Part shown: in pieces, positions 42,510-58,546 of the stretch | Numbering within the stretch: the stretch's first letter is position 1 | How the letters are laid out: every line of letters begins with the position of its first letter | Assembly: GCF_009914755.1 (NCBI RefSeq) | Contig: NC_060946.1 | Source: the human T2T-CHM13v2.0 reference genome, Homo sapiens | Direction: 5' to 3' (one strand) | Length of the DNA: 64,000 nucleotides | The notes under the pieces: generated by a model | What the model was told of the DNA's origin: nothing | Seen by the model: only the letters and a program-made list of their open reading frames with translations | Databases searched by the model: none | Position numbers and translations under genes: made by a program

Positions 42510-43183
42510 ATGTGTCCAGCCACACTGGTGTCCAGGTGGTTCCTTGGACAACCAACCTCTTCCCTTCTTATGGCCCTCATCCATGCTGTTCCCTTGACTT
42601 AGACATCTGTTCCCAGCACCTTGGCTGGCTTCATGCCTCTCCATGCCCTCAGAGGTCAACACAAATGTCACTTCCTCCAGGAAGCCCTCCCTGTTGCCAA
42701 CTCTCAGCACAGGCGATCTCCTTCAGAGGACCGATTACTGACTGTAATTAGGGAAGTTTATCTGGGCAATTCTCTGTCTCCTCTAATTCAACCAGAGAGA
42801 CCAAGGACAGGCTCTGGTCTGCCTGGTCAGTCCTGCTGTGGAGGAAGGTCACTGTGGTAGGGCAGGAGCTGGGTACCAGGAGTAGAAAGCGGGTGGGGCC
42901 CAGCCTCTGCCCTTAGGGGGTCCCACCAAGTATAAGGTCAGATGAGCCCAGAGTCGGTACCAGGGAGGCTGAGAATCCGTGCTAGCTCTCAGCCTGGCTG
43001 CTTCTTGCAAATGTGGAAACAACCACCATGTCTATTATTGGGGACAAGATGTGGCCAGGCTGGAGGGATGCCGTGCAACCTTAAAAATTAGAAATCTGAC
43101 CTCCATGGGCTGGGGTGGGACCTGAGCTGCTGAGAGCTTCCTTTCCCCCTGAGGACCTTGAAGACGGTTTAGGTAGTCTTTTA

Positions 43184-43562
<379 letters not shown>

Positions 43563-43834
43563 AAAAGGAATGCAGGCTCATAGTTAAAAACAAAATCCAG
43601 TAGCACTGTAAGGCTTGTAAACTAAATGAGGGGTCCCCACCCCACCCCCCACTCCCTCCCTCCCCATGTTGCTTCCCAGAGGCAGCTATTTTCCACACTT
43701 TCACCCATTTCTTAACTCCACGTTTCTCAATAATATGTATCACTGTATATTTGATTCCTTCCATTTTAATTATGTTAAAAAAAATTACATAGACATGTTT
43801 TCCCTAAAAATACATGTTTAAAAATCTGACAGAC

Positions 43835-44020
43835 ACAGTGCTTGAGATCCCACTCCACTGCTTCCTGGCTGCGTGGTCCTGAGCTGATTTCTTGACCCCT
43901 CTGAGAATCCATTTCCTCGGCTGTAACGTGGGAATAAGAACACCTGTTTGGTTCAATCGCTGGGATTTAAAATGGGATGATTGTATAAACCTGGGGGGCT
44001 CAAGGGACGTGCAATAAACC
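43835..44020 (+). mobile_element. MIR SINE
   Basis: TTGAGATCCCACTCCACTGCTTCCTGGCTG..TTTCCTCGGCTGTAA..GGATTTAAAATGGG. Confidence 0.7.
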
Positions 44021-44940
44021 ACTGCTGTAGTTTGGGGACGTGCTTGCTAGAGTCTCCGCTTGTGGAAAATGAGTAGCTCAGTACACAGCACTTAGAAGGC
44101 ATGATAATGACAGATCCATCTCCCCAGTGCTGTGAAATCTGAGAGAGGAGAGAGAGTAGTGGAAAGGCTGGCAGATAGGAGCAGAGCAGGAGGAGCAGTC
44201 TGATGAACATTCTGCTATGAGTTAGATTTCTGTGTAGCCCACATCAGCTCCTTCATAACAGACTGATGGTGTGTGCAGCGTTCAGGAGCCCCAGCCCCTG
44301 GCAGCCCCACCCTCCAACCTCCTGTCTCCCGTGTTCATATTGCAACCTAGTTTTGGCATCCTCCCCAGACCCCCAATTCACTGGACAAATGGTTGCCTTT
44401 GACCTTGTCCTGAGCCTGAGCCAGCACATCTCAGAGGTCCCCTCCTCTGGGAAGATGCTGGTGATCTTTCCAGCACTCAGCCCCTCTTCCCCTTCTGCAG
44501 TACCTACATGTCCAGCAAGGGCACTGGCCACCCTTGTCAGGTGCAAGTTCTCCCACTCAGATCCTGTTTCTCCCCAGCACCACAAGCCCTAAGTACAGAG
44601 GCCTCTGCTGTTCCCTCTCACCTAGAGAATTTCAGCCCAGCTTTTTGTTGGGAGACCAACAGAGTGACCACATAGTAGGGCAATGGCCAACATGTGTCAA
44701 CAGAGGAGAAGGGTCCCATGTGAGATCCATGTGGCTCCAAATGCCTATTCTGATCAAGCCACTCAGAACTCTAGCCATATATTTCCTCTGTACCTACACT
44801 CCCTCCTCCAGCCAAGTTTTATTGAGCACCTACTATTTGCCATGCATTGTCCTGGAGGCTGAAGAAAAAGCAACTTTTATTCACAACTTTTAGACACAAA
44901 TATTTATTAAGCACCTACTATGTGCTGGGCAGTGTGGGTG

Positions 44941-45313
44941 TACATTAGTCCATTCTCACACTGCTAATAAAGACATATTAGAGAGTGGCTAATTTATAAA
45001 GGAAAGAGGTTTAACTGACTCACAGTTCTGCCCGGCTGGGGAGGCCTCAGGTAACTTACAATCCTGGGGGAAGGGAAAGCAGACACATCCCTCTTCACGT
45101 GGTGGCAGCAAGGAGAAGTGCCGAGCAAAAGGGGAAATGCCCCTTATAAAACCATCAGATCTCGTGAGAACTCACTCACTATCACGAGAACAGGATGGGG
45201 GAAACCGCCCCATGATTCAATTATCTCCACCTGGTCTCTCCCACGACATGTGGGGATTATGGGAACTACAATTCACGATGAGATTTAGATGGGGACACAG
45301 CAAAACCATATCA
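44941..45313 (-). mobile_element. THE1 (C/D-like) solo LTR
   Basis: ATTAGTCCATTCTCACACTGCTAATAAAGAC...CCATCAGATCTCGTGAGAACTCACTCACTATC...AAACCATATCA; 5-bp TSD GGGTG/GGATG. Confidence 0.93.
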
Positions 45314-45644
45314 GGATGCAACAGTTGCGATGCAGACAGTGTCCCTGCCCTCCTAGGGATGCTTTTGATCACATCTAAGAAAGAAGGCTGTATACCAGCA
45401 ATGGGCACAGAGTTAGAGCTCAAGATACAACTGCTGAATTGAATAAGAAGTCTTTATCTTCTTATGCATATGAGAACCAAATGGCTGTAAGCTGGTCATG
45501 AGCTTTCACTGAGCACTGATGCACACCACCGAGCTGGACTCTGGACATGCTGAGATCATCACCAGCCTTCCCACTTTGCAGGGAGGAAGCTGACGCTCAG
45601 AGAAGCTGGTGCGTCCACGGTGACCCAGGTAGAAATGAAACACG

Positions 45645-45932
45645 GGCCGGGCACAGTGGCTCACGCCTGTAATACCAGCACTTTGGGTGGCCGAGGTGGG
45701 GAGATCACGAGGTCAGGAAATTGAGACCATCCTGGCCAACATGGTGAAACCCTGTCTCTACTGAAAATACAAAAATTAGCTGGATGTGGTGGCACGCGCC
45801 TGTAGTCCCAGCTACTCAGGAGGCTGAGGCACAAGAATCGCTTGAACCCAGGAGGCGCAGGTTGCAGTGAGCAGAGATACGCCACTGCACTCTAGCCTGG
45901 CAACAGACAAGACTCCATCTCAAAAAAAAAAA
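45645..45932 (+). mobile_element. Alu SINE (AluSc-like)
   Basis: GATCACGAGGTC, CCTGGCAACAG diagnostics. Confidence 0.96.
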
Positions 45933-45959
45933 GAACTGGACTAACAAACTGAAATAACT

Positions 45960-46130
45960 GCATTTATTAACTATAGTAAATTATAATTAATAATGAGTAT
46001 TATTATATAATAAATATGTATTGTAATGTTAATGTCATGTCATGTCATGTTAATGTTAATAAGTTAATGTAGTAACTTATGATATGATTATACATCATAT
46101 ATATATATATATATACACACACACATAAAT
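45960..46130. repeat. AT-rich low complexity with (ATGTC)n, (TA)n and (CA)n
   Basis: Direct reading. Confidence 0.88.
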
Positions 46131-46148
46131 TATAAAACGGTGTTGGCC

Positions 46149-46762
<614 letters not shown>

Positions 46763-47799
46763 GGTGTTATTTGTCATTTACGAATCGGGAAATTGAGGCT
46801 TGAAGAGGCTAAGCGACATAGCAGAGAGCCAGCCCTGACCCATCAATCTAACTCTAAAACTATGCTCTGAACATGATCTGTGAAGTTTCTATCTGCTCTT
46901 AATGTTTGTGATTACCTTCTCACTGTGGGTCGAGAAAGGAAAACAAGTTCAAGGGGTGATGGAGGGAGAGCACCTAAGAGGTCTATCTGGCCTGACTGCA
47001 GGATCTTTGGGGAACCGTGGCAGAAACCGGAACTTATAGGCCCCAAGGAGACCATGAACCCCAGAAAGGACCAGGTTCAACTCAGGCTCTGAAGGTTTCC
47101 CCCGCTGCTAGGATCCTGAGGAGGTTCGGGGGCTGCTGCTCCCCACCCAAGAGAGGCCTCTGGGGGCCTTGGCCTCCCTGTTCAGCCCGCCTAACGTTTT
47201 CTATTTAAATGCAAATTTTGACTTTTCACTTGGCAGCTAGGAAAAGTTTGTTGCACTGGAATGAGGGTCACGATAATAATTTATCCACAGGCCTTTTTCT
47301 AACAATTATTATTTGTTCAAGGGAGAAGGTGGAGGCCCCAGAGGCTGGGAGAGGGGGCTCGGTGCTGGAACACCACACACATGGACTGGCCTGCAGGTGT
47401 CAAGGCGGAGGCCAAGACCCTCTCTCTGGGGCAGAGGGAACGAGGTGTAAGTAGAAGCTGCCCATCCTGGGGCCCCCAGCCCTGGGAGCTTGCTGAAAGG
47501 GAGCTGATATTTACTCAGCCCTCAGCTCTGCACTGAGAAGACTCTCCAATAATCAAAGTCTCAGGTCTCAAGTCTTGGGGAGCTGCCAGTCCGATGACAA
47601 GAACAGAAAAAGAAATAGTCCATTACAATACAGGGTGCCACATGCATGGCGCTGGGATGGGGTCCCAGGCAAGGCTCCTGCGCTAGCTTGAAGGTCTAGG
47701 AAGGCTTCCTGAGGGAGGTGACCACTGTTCACAGTCCTCAAAAACACTGACCCATCAGTCAGTCCACGGCTGGGGAAAGTGTCCATTGGTATCCTCTAT

Positions 47800-48359
47800 G
47801 GGGGATAATTAGATACAATCTAGCAATATAATAAATTGGTAATTTCAGGCCTAGGAAGGAATGCTATAGTTTCTCCCCTAGATGCAGGTAGATGTACAAT
47901 ATTATTCAATGAAGCATTTTAAGTCATGGCGAAACACCAGAAACAATCTAGATACCCATCAACAGGAGACTAGATCAATAAATGAGGCTGTGTCCATGCA
48001 GCAGAATACCATGCAGCTCTGTAAAATGAATGAGGAAGCACTTTATTTACTGATCTGGAAGAGCTCCAAATTACAGTGAGTGGGAAAAGATGCAGGGAGT
48101 ATTGTACATTTTTGTGTAAAAGGCAGCAGGTGGATAATCTTTTTAAGATGTCCTTATATTTGCATAAAATGTCTCTGAAAGGATTCATATAAATTGAACA
48201 CATGGTTTGCCTGTGAGGAGGGGCCTGGGCGGACTGAAGAATAAAAATGGGAGAGAGCTTTGCAGTTTCAGTTTTCGGTGTATACATTTCTGTACCTTGT
48301 GAATTTCGATGCATCTGAATGTGATGCTGATTCAAAAACTGAGTTAAAAAAAAAAAAAA
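47800..48359 (+). mobile_element. L1ME-type 3' fragment
   Basis: CCATCAACAGGAGACTAG..GAATACCATGCAGC..AATGAATGAGGAAGC..GTACCTTGTGAATTT. Confidence 0.75.
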
Positions 48360-48361
48360 CA

Positions 48362-48680
<319 letters not shown>

Positions 48681-50192
48681 CTATCAGGAAGACAGCTGGA
48701 GTCTCAGGCAGAAGGAACAGCATGTGCAAAGGTTGGGCTCACTTTCTGGGGTGAGAGAGAATCTGCAAAGAGAATGACTGGAAGGGTAGAGGTGAGGCGG
48801 GAGAGTGTGGCCTGGCTCACTGGGCTCAGTGCTGGCTAGCTGTGCTCAAGTCTGCTCTTGTCCTGAAGACCCCAGGGGCCACTGGAGGGTTTTACACACA
48901 GGAGAGGCAGCCAGACTTGCTGTTTGGAAAAATTACTCTGGGGAAGGCATTTGGGGAGGACAGCGGGAGGCAGGGAGGCCAGTGGGAGGCCGCTCCAGGG
49001 ACACACTCATTGCATTTAATCCCTCACGATAACTTTCATTTTAGAGAGGAGGACATTGAGGTACAGAGAGGGGAAGTAACTTGCTCAAGGTTACAGAGCT
49101 GGGATTAGAAACTGATCTGTCTGATACTTGGCTTTGCATGCACCCAGGATCTCCCAAGAAAAAACACTTTGCTGGGAGGTGGCGGCCTTGGTCCCAGGCA
49201 ATTCGTGTGTCTCTGAGCAGGCTGCTGCCTCTGTCTGAGCCTCACTGGACTCATCTGAGGATGAGGTGCACTGTGCCTCTTGGCTGAGGTCACTTGGTTG
49301 TTGTGACAGCCCAGGACCAACGGTAGGGAAAGGGTTTTATAAACCGTAGAGTGCTGTGCTCCTTTTGTGTTTACTCTTTTTCCAGCAGGAGCCATGTTGG
49401 GGAGTGTCGCATTTGCCTGATCAGTGGCTTCTCCGCATCCCCCAACGGTACACCCCTGCAGCTTCAGGATGACTCCCCTCTGGGTGTCCCAGCCAAGCCT
49501 CCACCTGACCCAGCAGAGGGTGAAGCCCCTATCTTTGCACAAGAAAGCAGTCACTGAGACAAGGACTTGAGGACTTGGGGAGGAGATTCCAGAAAAAAGC
49601 AACAAGGGAACAGAGAGAGTGAGACAGGGAAGGAGGGAGAGCCAGGAAAGGGGTGATTTGGGGGATGACTCTGTGGGCACCCAGGGCTCTGTTCCTCTGG
49701 AGACCTTCCCAGAAACCAAATACAATATGCCTCAGGATTGCCCCCTCCAAAAGACAGGAGGCTGGGCCATTTATCCAGGATCCCAGTTCCCCATCCATAG
49801 TTGGCATCCTGCAGAGCCAGGCTGCACCTGCGCAGGCTGAGGGGCTCCTTCAAGACCGGAGACAGACAACAAGGCTATGCCAGGGCTCAGGTGGGGTGCT
49901 AGCACCATGTCCCAGTCTGTGCACACAGCTGCCCTGAAATCAGAGTGGAGGCCAAGGGTCTGTGACACGGGACACAGGAAGCTCCTACTTCACTGGGCGG
50001 GCACACCTCCCCTTCCAGCCTTCCTTTCATGCCCCACGCCACCTCCAACCTCTGTTCCCCAAGTTCCCCCATCTCAGGTGGAGGGCGGGGAACACCCATT
50101 GGGGGAGAAGTCACACCAATGAAGGAAAACTTCAAAACCAGATGCCAGAAAGGTGTGTGGCCAGAGTGGAGGGGCAATGAGCTAAAACCCCT

Positions 50193-50554
50193 CCATGACG
50201 GGCTAACCTGTGTCCCCCTCAAATTCACATGATGAGGTCCTAACCTCCAGGACCTCAGAACGGGACTGTATTTGGAGATAATTCAGGGGAAATGGGGTCA
50301 ACAGGGTGGGCCTTAATCCAATATAACAGTCCTTATAAGAGAAGACTAGGCCACAGACAGAGACGCCAGACCTTTGCTCTGTGTTCACACAGAGCAAAGA
50401 CCTCCTGGGGGCGCAGTGAGAACGTGATCATCTCCAAACCTGCCAACACCTTCATCTTGGACTTCCAGCCTCCGGGTCTGCCAAAGAACACATTTCTGTT
50501 GTTTAAGCACCCAGACTGGGGTGTTTTGTCATGGCAGCCCTGTGACACTGACAC
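50193..50554 (+). mobile_element. MLT1A/B-like solo LTR
   Basis: TGTGTCCCCCTCAAATTCA..GGGTGGGCCTTAATCCA..GGACTTCCAGCCTCC..TTGTTTAAGC. Confidence 0.88.
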
Positions 50555-50625
50555 ACTCTCCTACCGGAATGGGTGGGGCAAGTAAATGAGGGTGTGGGTT
50601 CTCCACGTACCTTCTCATGCACCCC

Positions 50626-51333
50626 TGATGTGCTTTGGATCTGTGTGCCTGCCCAAATTTCATGTTGAAATGCCATCCTCAGCGTTGGAGTGTGGGGCCA
50701 GAGGAGGTGATTGGATTATGGGGTAGATCCTTCATGAATGGTTCAGCACCATCCCTGTGGTGCTGTTCTCACAATAGTGAGTTCTCTTGCAAGATCTGGT
50801 TGTTTTAAAAATGTGTGGTGGCCGGGTACAGTGGCTCACGCCTGTAATCCCAGCACTTTGGGAGGCCAAGGCGGGCGGATCACGAGGTCAGGAGATCAAG
50901 ACCATCCTGGCCAACATGGTGAAACCCCATCTCTACTAAAAATACAAAAATTAGCTGGGTGTGGTGGTGTGTGCCTGTAATCCCAGCTACTCGGGAGACT
51001 GAGGCAGGAGAATTGCTTAAACCTGGGAGTCAGAGGTTGCAGTGAGCTGAGATATCACTATTGCACTCCAGCTTGGCGACAGAGCGAGGCTCCATCTCAA
51101 AAGAAAAAAAAAATGCGTGTGGCATCTCCCTCAGTCCCTCTCCTGCCATGGAAGACACCTGCTCCTGCTCTGCCTTCCGTCATGAGGAAAAGCTCCCTGT
51201 GGCCTCCCCAGAAGCAGATGCTACCATGCTTCCTGTACAGACTGCAGAACCATGAGCCAATTAAACCTCTTTTCTTTATAAATTACCCTGTCTTGGGTAT
51301 TTCTTTATAGCAGTGGGAGAACAGACTAATACA
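50626..51333 (+). mobile_element. MSTA-like solo LTR interrupted by an Alu
   Basis: TGATGTGCTTTGGATCTGTG...GAGCCAATTAAACCTCTTTTC...GACTAATACA; TSD ACCCC/ATCCC. Confidence 0.92.
50820..51112 (+). mobile_element. Alu SINE (AluSc-like)
   Basis: Full dimer nested in the MST LTR. Confidence 0.97.
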
Positions 51334-51344
51334 ATCCCCTTCTG

Positions 51345-51350
51345 CGCACG

Positions 51351-51390
<40 letters not shown>

Positions 51391-51399
51391 CACACACAC
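51345..51399. repeat. (CA)n microsatellite
   Basis: Direct reading. Confidence 0.95.
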
Positions 51400-51838
51400 C
51401 AGTCACTGGTTCCCTAAGCACATTTAGGCCAAGATCATATTTTTAGTAAATGTCGCCTCTTCTGCATCCTGCCATGTACACTGTTAAAATAAGCAACAGC
51501 AGCAGCCGCCTTCATTCACACTCCTACTGCTACATGGTAGGATGAGAACCCAGACCCACGACAGCTATTCCTCAAACACCAGGATCATCTACAGGGTTGC
51601 ATGATTTAGCCCCCATCCATCTTTCACCCACATCCCATGCCACTCTCCTTATTCACCACACCCAAGCCACATCAGCCTCCTTTCTGTCCCCAAAACAAGC
51701 CTTTGCATTTTCCACCTCAGAGCCTCTGTGCTTGCTGTCCCCTATCCCTAGAATTCTCCTCCTGCAGCTTTTCTCACCACTACTACTTTCTGATCCTTTG
51801 GGCCTCAGACAAAATGTCACCCGCTCAGACTGACTTTT

Positions 51839-52670
<832 letters not shown>

Positions 52671-52760
52671 CTTTCCCTGACCACTTTATCTAAGAAATAC
52701 CCTCAGAGAGTGTCACTTTGCCTATTTGATTTCCCTCCTTGCCCGTGTTCCAATGTGTCA

Positions 52761-53056
52761 TTATTATTATTATTGAGACAGAGTCTCACTCTGTCGCCCA
52801 GGCTGGGGTGCAGTGGTGTGATCTCAGCGCACTGCAACATCTGCCTCCCCAGTTCAAGCGGTTCTCCTGCCTCAGCCTCCCAACTAGCTGAGTGTACAGG
52901 CGCAGGCCACCACACCTGGCTAATTTTTGTATTTTTTAGTAGAAACGAGGCTTCACCATGTTGGCTAGGCTGGTCTCGAACTTCTGACCTCAAGTGATCC
53001 ACCAGCCTCAGCCTCCCAAAGTTCTGGGATTACAGGCGAGAGCCATCACACGCAGC
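52761..53056 (-). mobile_element. Alu SINE (AluS)
   Basis: TSD CCAATGTGTCAT. Confidence 0.96.
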
Positions 53057-53889
53057 CCCAATGTGTCATAAGCTTGTTTATTTAGTAGTTAACCCCTTCT
53101 TGTGTGTGGCTCCTGAGGGCCTAGACAGAGAGACAAGCACACTGTCTGGCACATAGGAGTTTAGAAAACGCTGCCCTGCCCCCATCTCCACCAGCACAAA
53201 CACTTCTTCCTACCCCGAGAATAAGCCAGAATAAGCCAGATCTTAGCAAGCTCAGGGTTGAGGGTGTGGAGGGTGCCAGACCTGTTGGGATATTTCCTCT
53301 GGAAAGCAGGGGTACAGGGCTCAGCTCAGCCAGGACTACACAGCCCAGCCTAAGAGCCACAAATCCTCCTCCCCTTTCTGGGGCCCGCTCTGAGGAAGCC
53401 GTATCTTGCCTCATAATTGTATCTGAATGCAAATAGCTCTGCCAGTGTGAATATATTAAAATCTGCGTCGTCAGCAATCACAGCGGAGGGCGGGGAGGGG
53501 AGGGGCCATGCAGAACCCAGAACACAAATGACTGTCTGGATGATCGCTCCATCCAAGGAGGCCAGGGGACGGGAAGCTCATTGTGTGCCTGGGGGGGGGT
53601 TCTTGCTTTGCTCACTAAAAATGCTCACGTTTAAAGCTGAACTAATCCTGGCTGTGGAGCTGAGGCACCAAGAGAAGGAAGAGGGGCCAAGATGGTGCAG
53701 GTGGTGCTTTCAAAAGGGGACACCTGCCAGGTGGGGCCGATGTTGGGGGAAAGGGATAAAAGAGGGTGGGACATCGAACTTCAGGAGGGCACAGTATGTG
53801 TAGGGTGCTGACTCACCAACTCACTCACTCATTCATTCTTTCATTCACTCAGCATTTCCTGGGCACCCACTCAAACTTCTCACTGTGCT

Positions 53890-54295
53890 GAATCCTTTCC
53901 TTAACACATCTCCCTGCGGCACCAAAGACCAAGCCTACAATCCTCCCTGGGCCTGTGAGGCCCTTTTCTAACTGACATCTGCTTGCCTTGCCTCACCAGT
54001 CCCCCCACCAACCTGCGCCCGTCAGCAGCACTGCATTCAAAACTCTGCTATGGTTGCCTCCTTCAGGAAGTCCTCCCTGACTGCCCCCTTGACAATAGCA
54101 TCATTCCCAATCCCTTACCCTGTTCTATATTTCTTCATAAACACTGACACCATCATGTATATTTTTTACTTTTAACCTCAATCTCCCCATTTAAAATGTC
54201 AGCTTTGTGCCCATCTTATCCGAAAGCTGGGTCCCAAACACTTGCACCTTGCCTGGCATAGGACAATAAATGTTTGCTGAGTGACTGAATGAGCG
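53890..54295 (+). mobile_element. L2 3' fragment
   Basis: CCTCCTTCAGGAAGTCCTCCCTGAC..GCCTGGCATAGGACAATAAATGTTTGCTGAGTGA. Confidence 0.75.
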
Positions 54296-54499
54296 GTCAG
54301 GATAAGGGGTGGCTGTTACTCATCAATGCTGCCCAGCTCATGTTGTTTTTCAAAAGAGGGGGCAATAATGGGATCACCCCTCGGCTCTGATTCAGGAGGT
54401 CGGTGGACACAAGCCCCAGGATGAGATCCAGGGATGGCCCCACCACAGGCCTGGAGGTTATGCGTGAACCCATTTATGAACCTGGGGACACAATGCCTG

Positions 54500-55450
<951 letters not shown>

Positions 55451-56549
55451 CCTGTGTGATGGAAGCAAAATGAGGCCAACTGCTATAGGGTCTGGGGATG
55501 GAGTGGGTTGTGTAGGGAACAAAGCAGGACTGGAAGTGGGCTGGTTGCAAGGTTGGTACCGGTTCCTCAATCCACGTGGCAACTGTTGGAACATCCTCAC
55601 CAGGTTGGCATTGGCTTTGGCTTCCACTTACACCGCTCGGATGGTGGGGAGCTCATCACCCACCCAGGGAGCCAGTTTCACTGTCAGAAACACATCCTTT
55701 AAGCTGCACTCCTCTCTGCTTTCCTGAGCTCTCCCTCCACCTGGCCCCAGCACAGCACTCATCATGGAGTTCTAGAATCCATGAGAGAAAACAAAGAGAG
55801 GAGGTAAAAGAGGGAGAGAAAGAGAATGGGCCAGGGACTTCAGCTCACAGAATCTCCCTTTTTCCTCCATGCTACTCCACTACAATGATGTCACTACCCT
55901 CACAGAACAGACAGGGGGCTGTGGTTCAGAGAGGTGAACCGACTCACCCAAGGCGCCTCAGGAAGTAAATGGCAGAGGTGAGATTCCAGCCTCAAGATCC
56001 CATACAGTCTCTGAACAGAACTGACTGGGGTGTTCGTGTTGTCCAGCCCCCTGCCTCGCACCAGGCACGAAGAGAGGTGAGTACGAAACCCAGGGCAGCC
56101 TCCTCCTTCGATGCTGAAATACAACCCATCTGTGCAAAGATGGGGCCAGACAGTTTCCAGGCCCCTCTGCCTTGGGGGAACTTAGAGAAATGATTTGAGG
56201 CCCACAGTCTCCTACATCAGTGGGGCCTACGATGATCTCTCCTGACACCTGGACCAACCTGGCTTGCTGATCTGTCTGCCGGTTCAAAGTCCAATGCCCA
56301 ACCCCAGCACCCAGCAGAGACCCTTGGCACACAGTAGACACTCAATAAACATTGTTGGGTACGTATCTGAATCATAGGATGAAGTCATGACCTGTGTGTG
56401 TTCCTTCCTCCCTAAAGAAGAAAAGATCAAACCATATATATATATATATAAAGAAAATCAATCCATCCATCCCAGAGTTTCTATTGCAGGGGCCAAGACT
56501 GAGCAAGTACGCCAAGTTGAGCCAGGACAGAGAGACAGCGTCAGCCCCA

Positions 56550-56894
56550 CTGTGAGCCACCGATAAGAGGGGGTTGGCTGGGGAATCCAGACGGCTTGTC
56601 TATCAGCCTATTAAACACCATTCTTACAAGTTTTTTTCCCTCCTCCCTTTTCATTAATACGGAGGGTGAATAGAACATTGAATAAAAATCAGCCCTTGCC
56701 ACACAATTGTGGGATTGAAAGGTAACTGTCAACAGAAGGATTTGGGTGACAAAGGGAATGGTTTCGGCGCTTAGCAAATGATTTTCGGCTTGTCATTTCA
56801 ATGGGCTGTGTTTTTCAGAGATTGTGGGGTGGGTTTTTCTCTACTTTTTTTCTTTTTTTTTTTTTGAATAGCATTTATTACCATGCTTTTAAAA

Positions 56895-56895
<1 letters not shown>
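56550..56895. promoter_or_regulatory. Candidate enhancer
   Basis: Repeat-free; GATAAG, CATTAAT, CACAATTGTG palindrome, TGACA/TGTCA. Confidence 0.42.

Positions 56896-56896
<1 letters not shown>

Positions 56897-56928
<32 letters not shown>
56897..56928. repeat. (TG)n microsatellite
   Basis: About 16 TG units. Confidence 0.95.
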
Positions 56929-56931
<3 letters not shown>

Positions 56932-57719
56932 CTGTGTTGTCTTTTTCCAGACGCCCTTCCTTCACAGATGCCGTGTTCCCCTCCTCCTGGGTCTCACAAA
57001 TGCGTCTTTCTCCAAAAATAAAATGAGATAAAATAAGACACACAACAGCTCTGGGAGGCCAAGGAGGGGAGAAGATGTTTTGTGAGGAATGGATAGTGGC
57101 AGTGTGGGGGACAGAGGGCAAGGGGGCCCGGAGAGGGAGAAGGGCACGGCTGGGGGGGGCTTCAACCCTGACCTGTGGCTCCCAGGCCAGCTATAGCCTC
57201 GAGCCTCGCTGGTGGCCATGTCTCTCTCAGGGCAGAGATTAGTGACACCCCCTTAGCATCAAGATGCAACGCCTCTGTGGACTGGGTGGGGGTCAGTGTC
57301 AGGCAGCCCCCACTCCCTGGCCAGACTCCACCATTGCCCTCAGAGCAGCTCAAGAGAGCTCTCGATCTATAAAGAAGAGGTGTCCCTGCATCCAGCAACG
57401 TTGTGGGGGGACAACACATCCCTCGGAGACAGCTTGAAGCCAGCACTCCAAGTGGACAAGAATCCTGAGGGGCAGGACATCAGAGAAAGCACACCCGCCT
57501 CAGTTAAAATACCAGAATGATGCTTTCCACACCTCCAAGTAAAAGTACGCATGCTTTTAAAGAGCTATTCAAAAATCTCCCTCCTCTCTGAATGGCCTAT
57601 GATCAGGGTGAAAACTAGGAGATCCATGTTTATTGCAGTCTCCAGGACTCAGTTTCTCTCATCTGTGAAATGGGCCAGTGGGACCCAATCATGGTTCAAA
57701 ACATTAAAAAAAACCAGCA

Positions 57720-58546
57720 GACCCATTAGAGAAATGCAAATTTAAACCACAATGAGCTATCACCACTCCCCTGTCAGAATGGCTAAAATAAAAAAAAAAA
57801 AAAAAAAAGTGGCAACACCAAATGACAGTGAGGATGAGGGAAAACGGGCTCCCTCTCACGCTGTACAGTGGGGAAGATAGGTTGGCAGTTTCTTTAAAAA
57901 GTAAATATTCTACCACGCAACCCAGCAATTGCACTCCTGGGCACTGATCCCAGAGAAATGAAGACTTATGTTCACATAAAAACCTGTACATGAATGTTTA
58001 TAGCAGTTTTATTCGTAATAGCCCAAAACTGGAAACCACCCAGGTGCCCTTCAACAGGTGACTGGGTTAACACACTGTGACACAGCTACATCATGGAATA
58101 TGACTTAGCGGTAACAAGGAACGATTATCGATACACACGACAACCTGGATGGATCGATGGGAAATTATGTCCAATCCAAAAAGCAAAACCCAGAGAAGTT
58201 ACATGCTGTATGTACATTTACATTCCATTGTGAAAATGACAAAATTATGGACACGGAGAACGGATTAGTGGTTGCCAGGAGTTAAGGAGGTGGTGGAGGC
58301 AGGAGATAAGTGGGCGTGGCTGCTAGAAAAGGGCCACCTGAGGGATGGAAATGTTTTGTATCTTGAAATGTTTTGTATCTGTATCAACGTCAATATCAAG
58401 GTTGGGACATTAGACTTTTTGCAAGATGTCATCACTAGGGAAAACTAGGTAAAGGATACACGGTATCTCTGTATCATTTCTTACAACAGAATGCAACTCT
58501 ACGATTATCTCAAAATAAAAAGATTTATTTAAAAATAAAAATAAAA
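57720..58546 (+). mobile_element. L1MC/MD-type 3' fragment
   Basis: GAAATGCAAATTTAAACCACAATGAG..CCCAGCAATTGCACTCCTGGGC..GATTATCTCAAAATAAAA. Confidence 0.92.

Noticed and set aside
42125-42751. 208-aa ORF and the opposite-strand 148-aa ORF
   Set aside because: Translation of the C/T low-complexity tract plus an L2 remnant; GTG start, no recognisable domain
49105-49725. 206-aa minus-strand ORF
   Set aside because: Non-ATG start, overlaps MIR and LTR-like remnants, no recognisable homology
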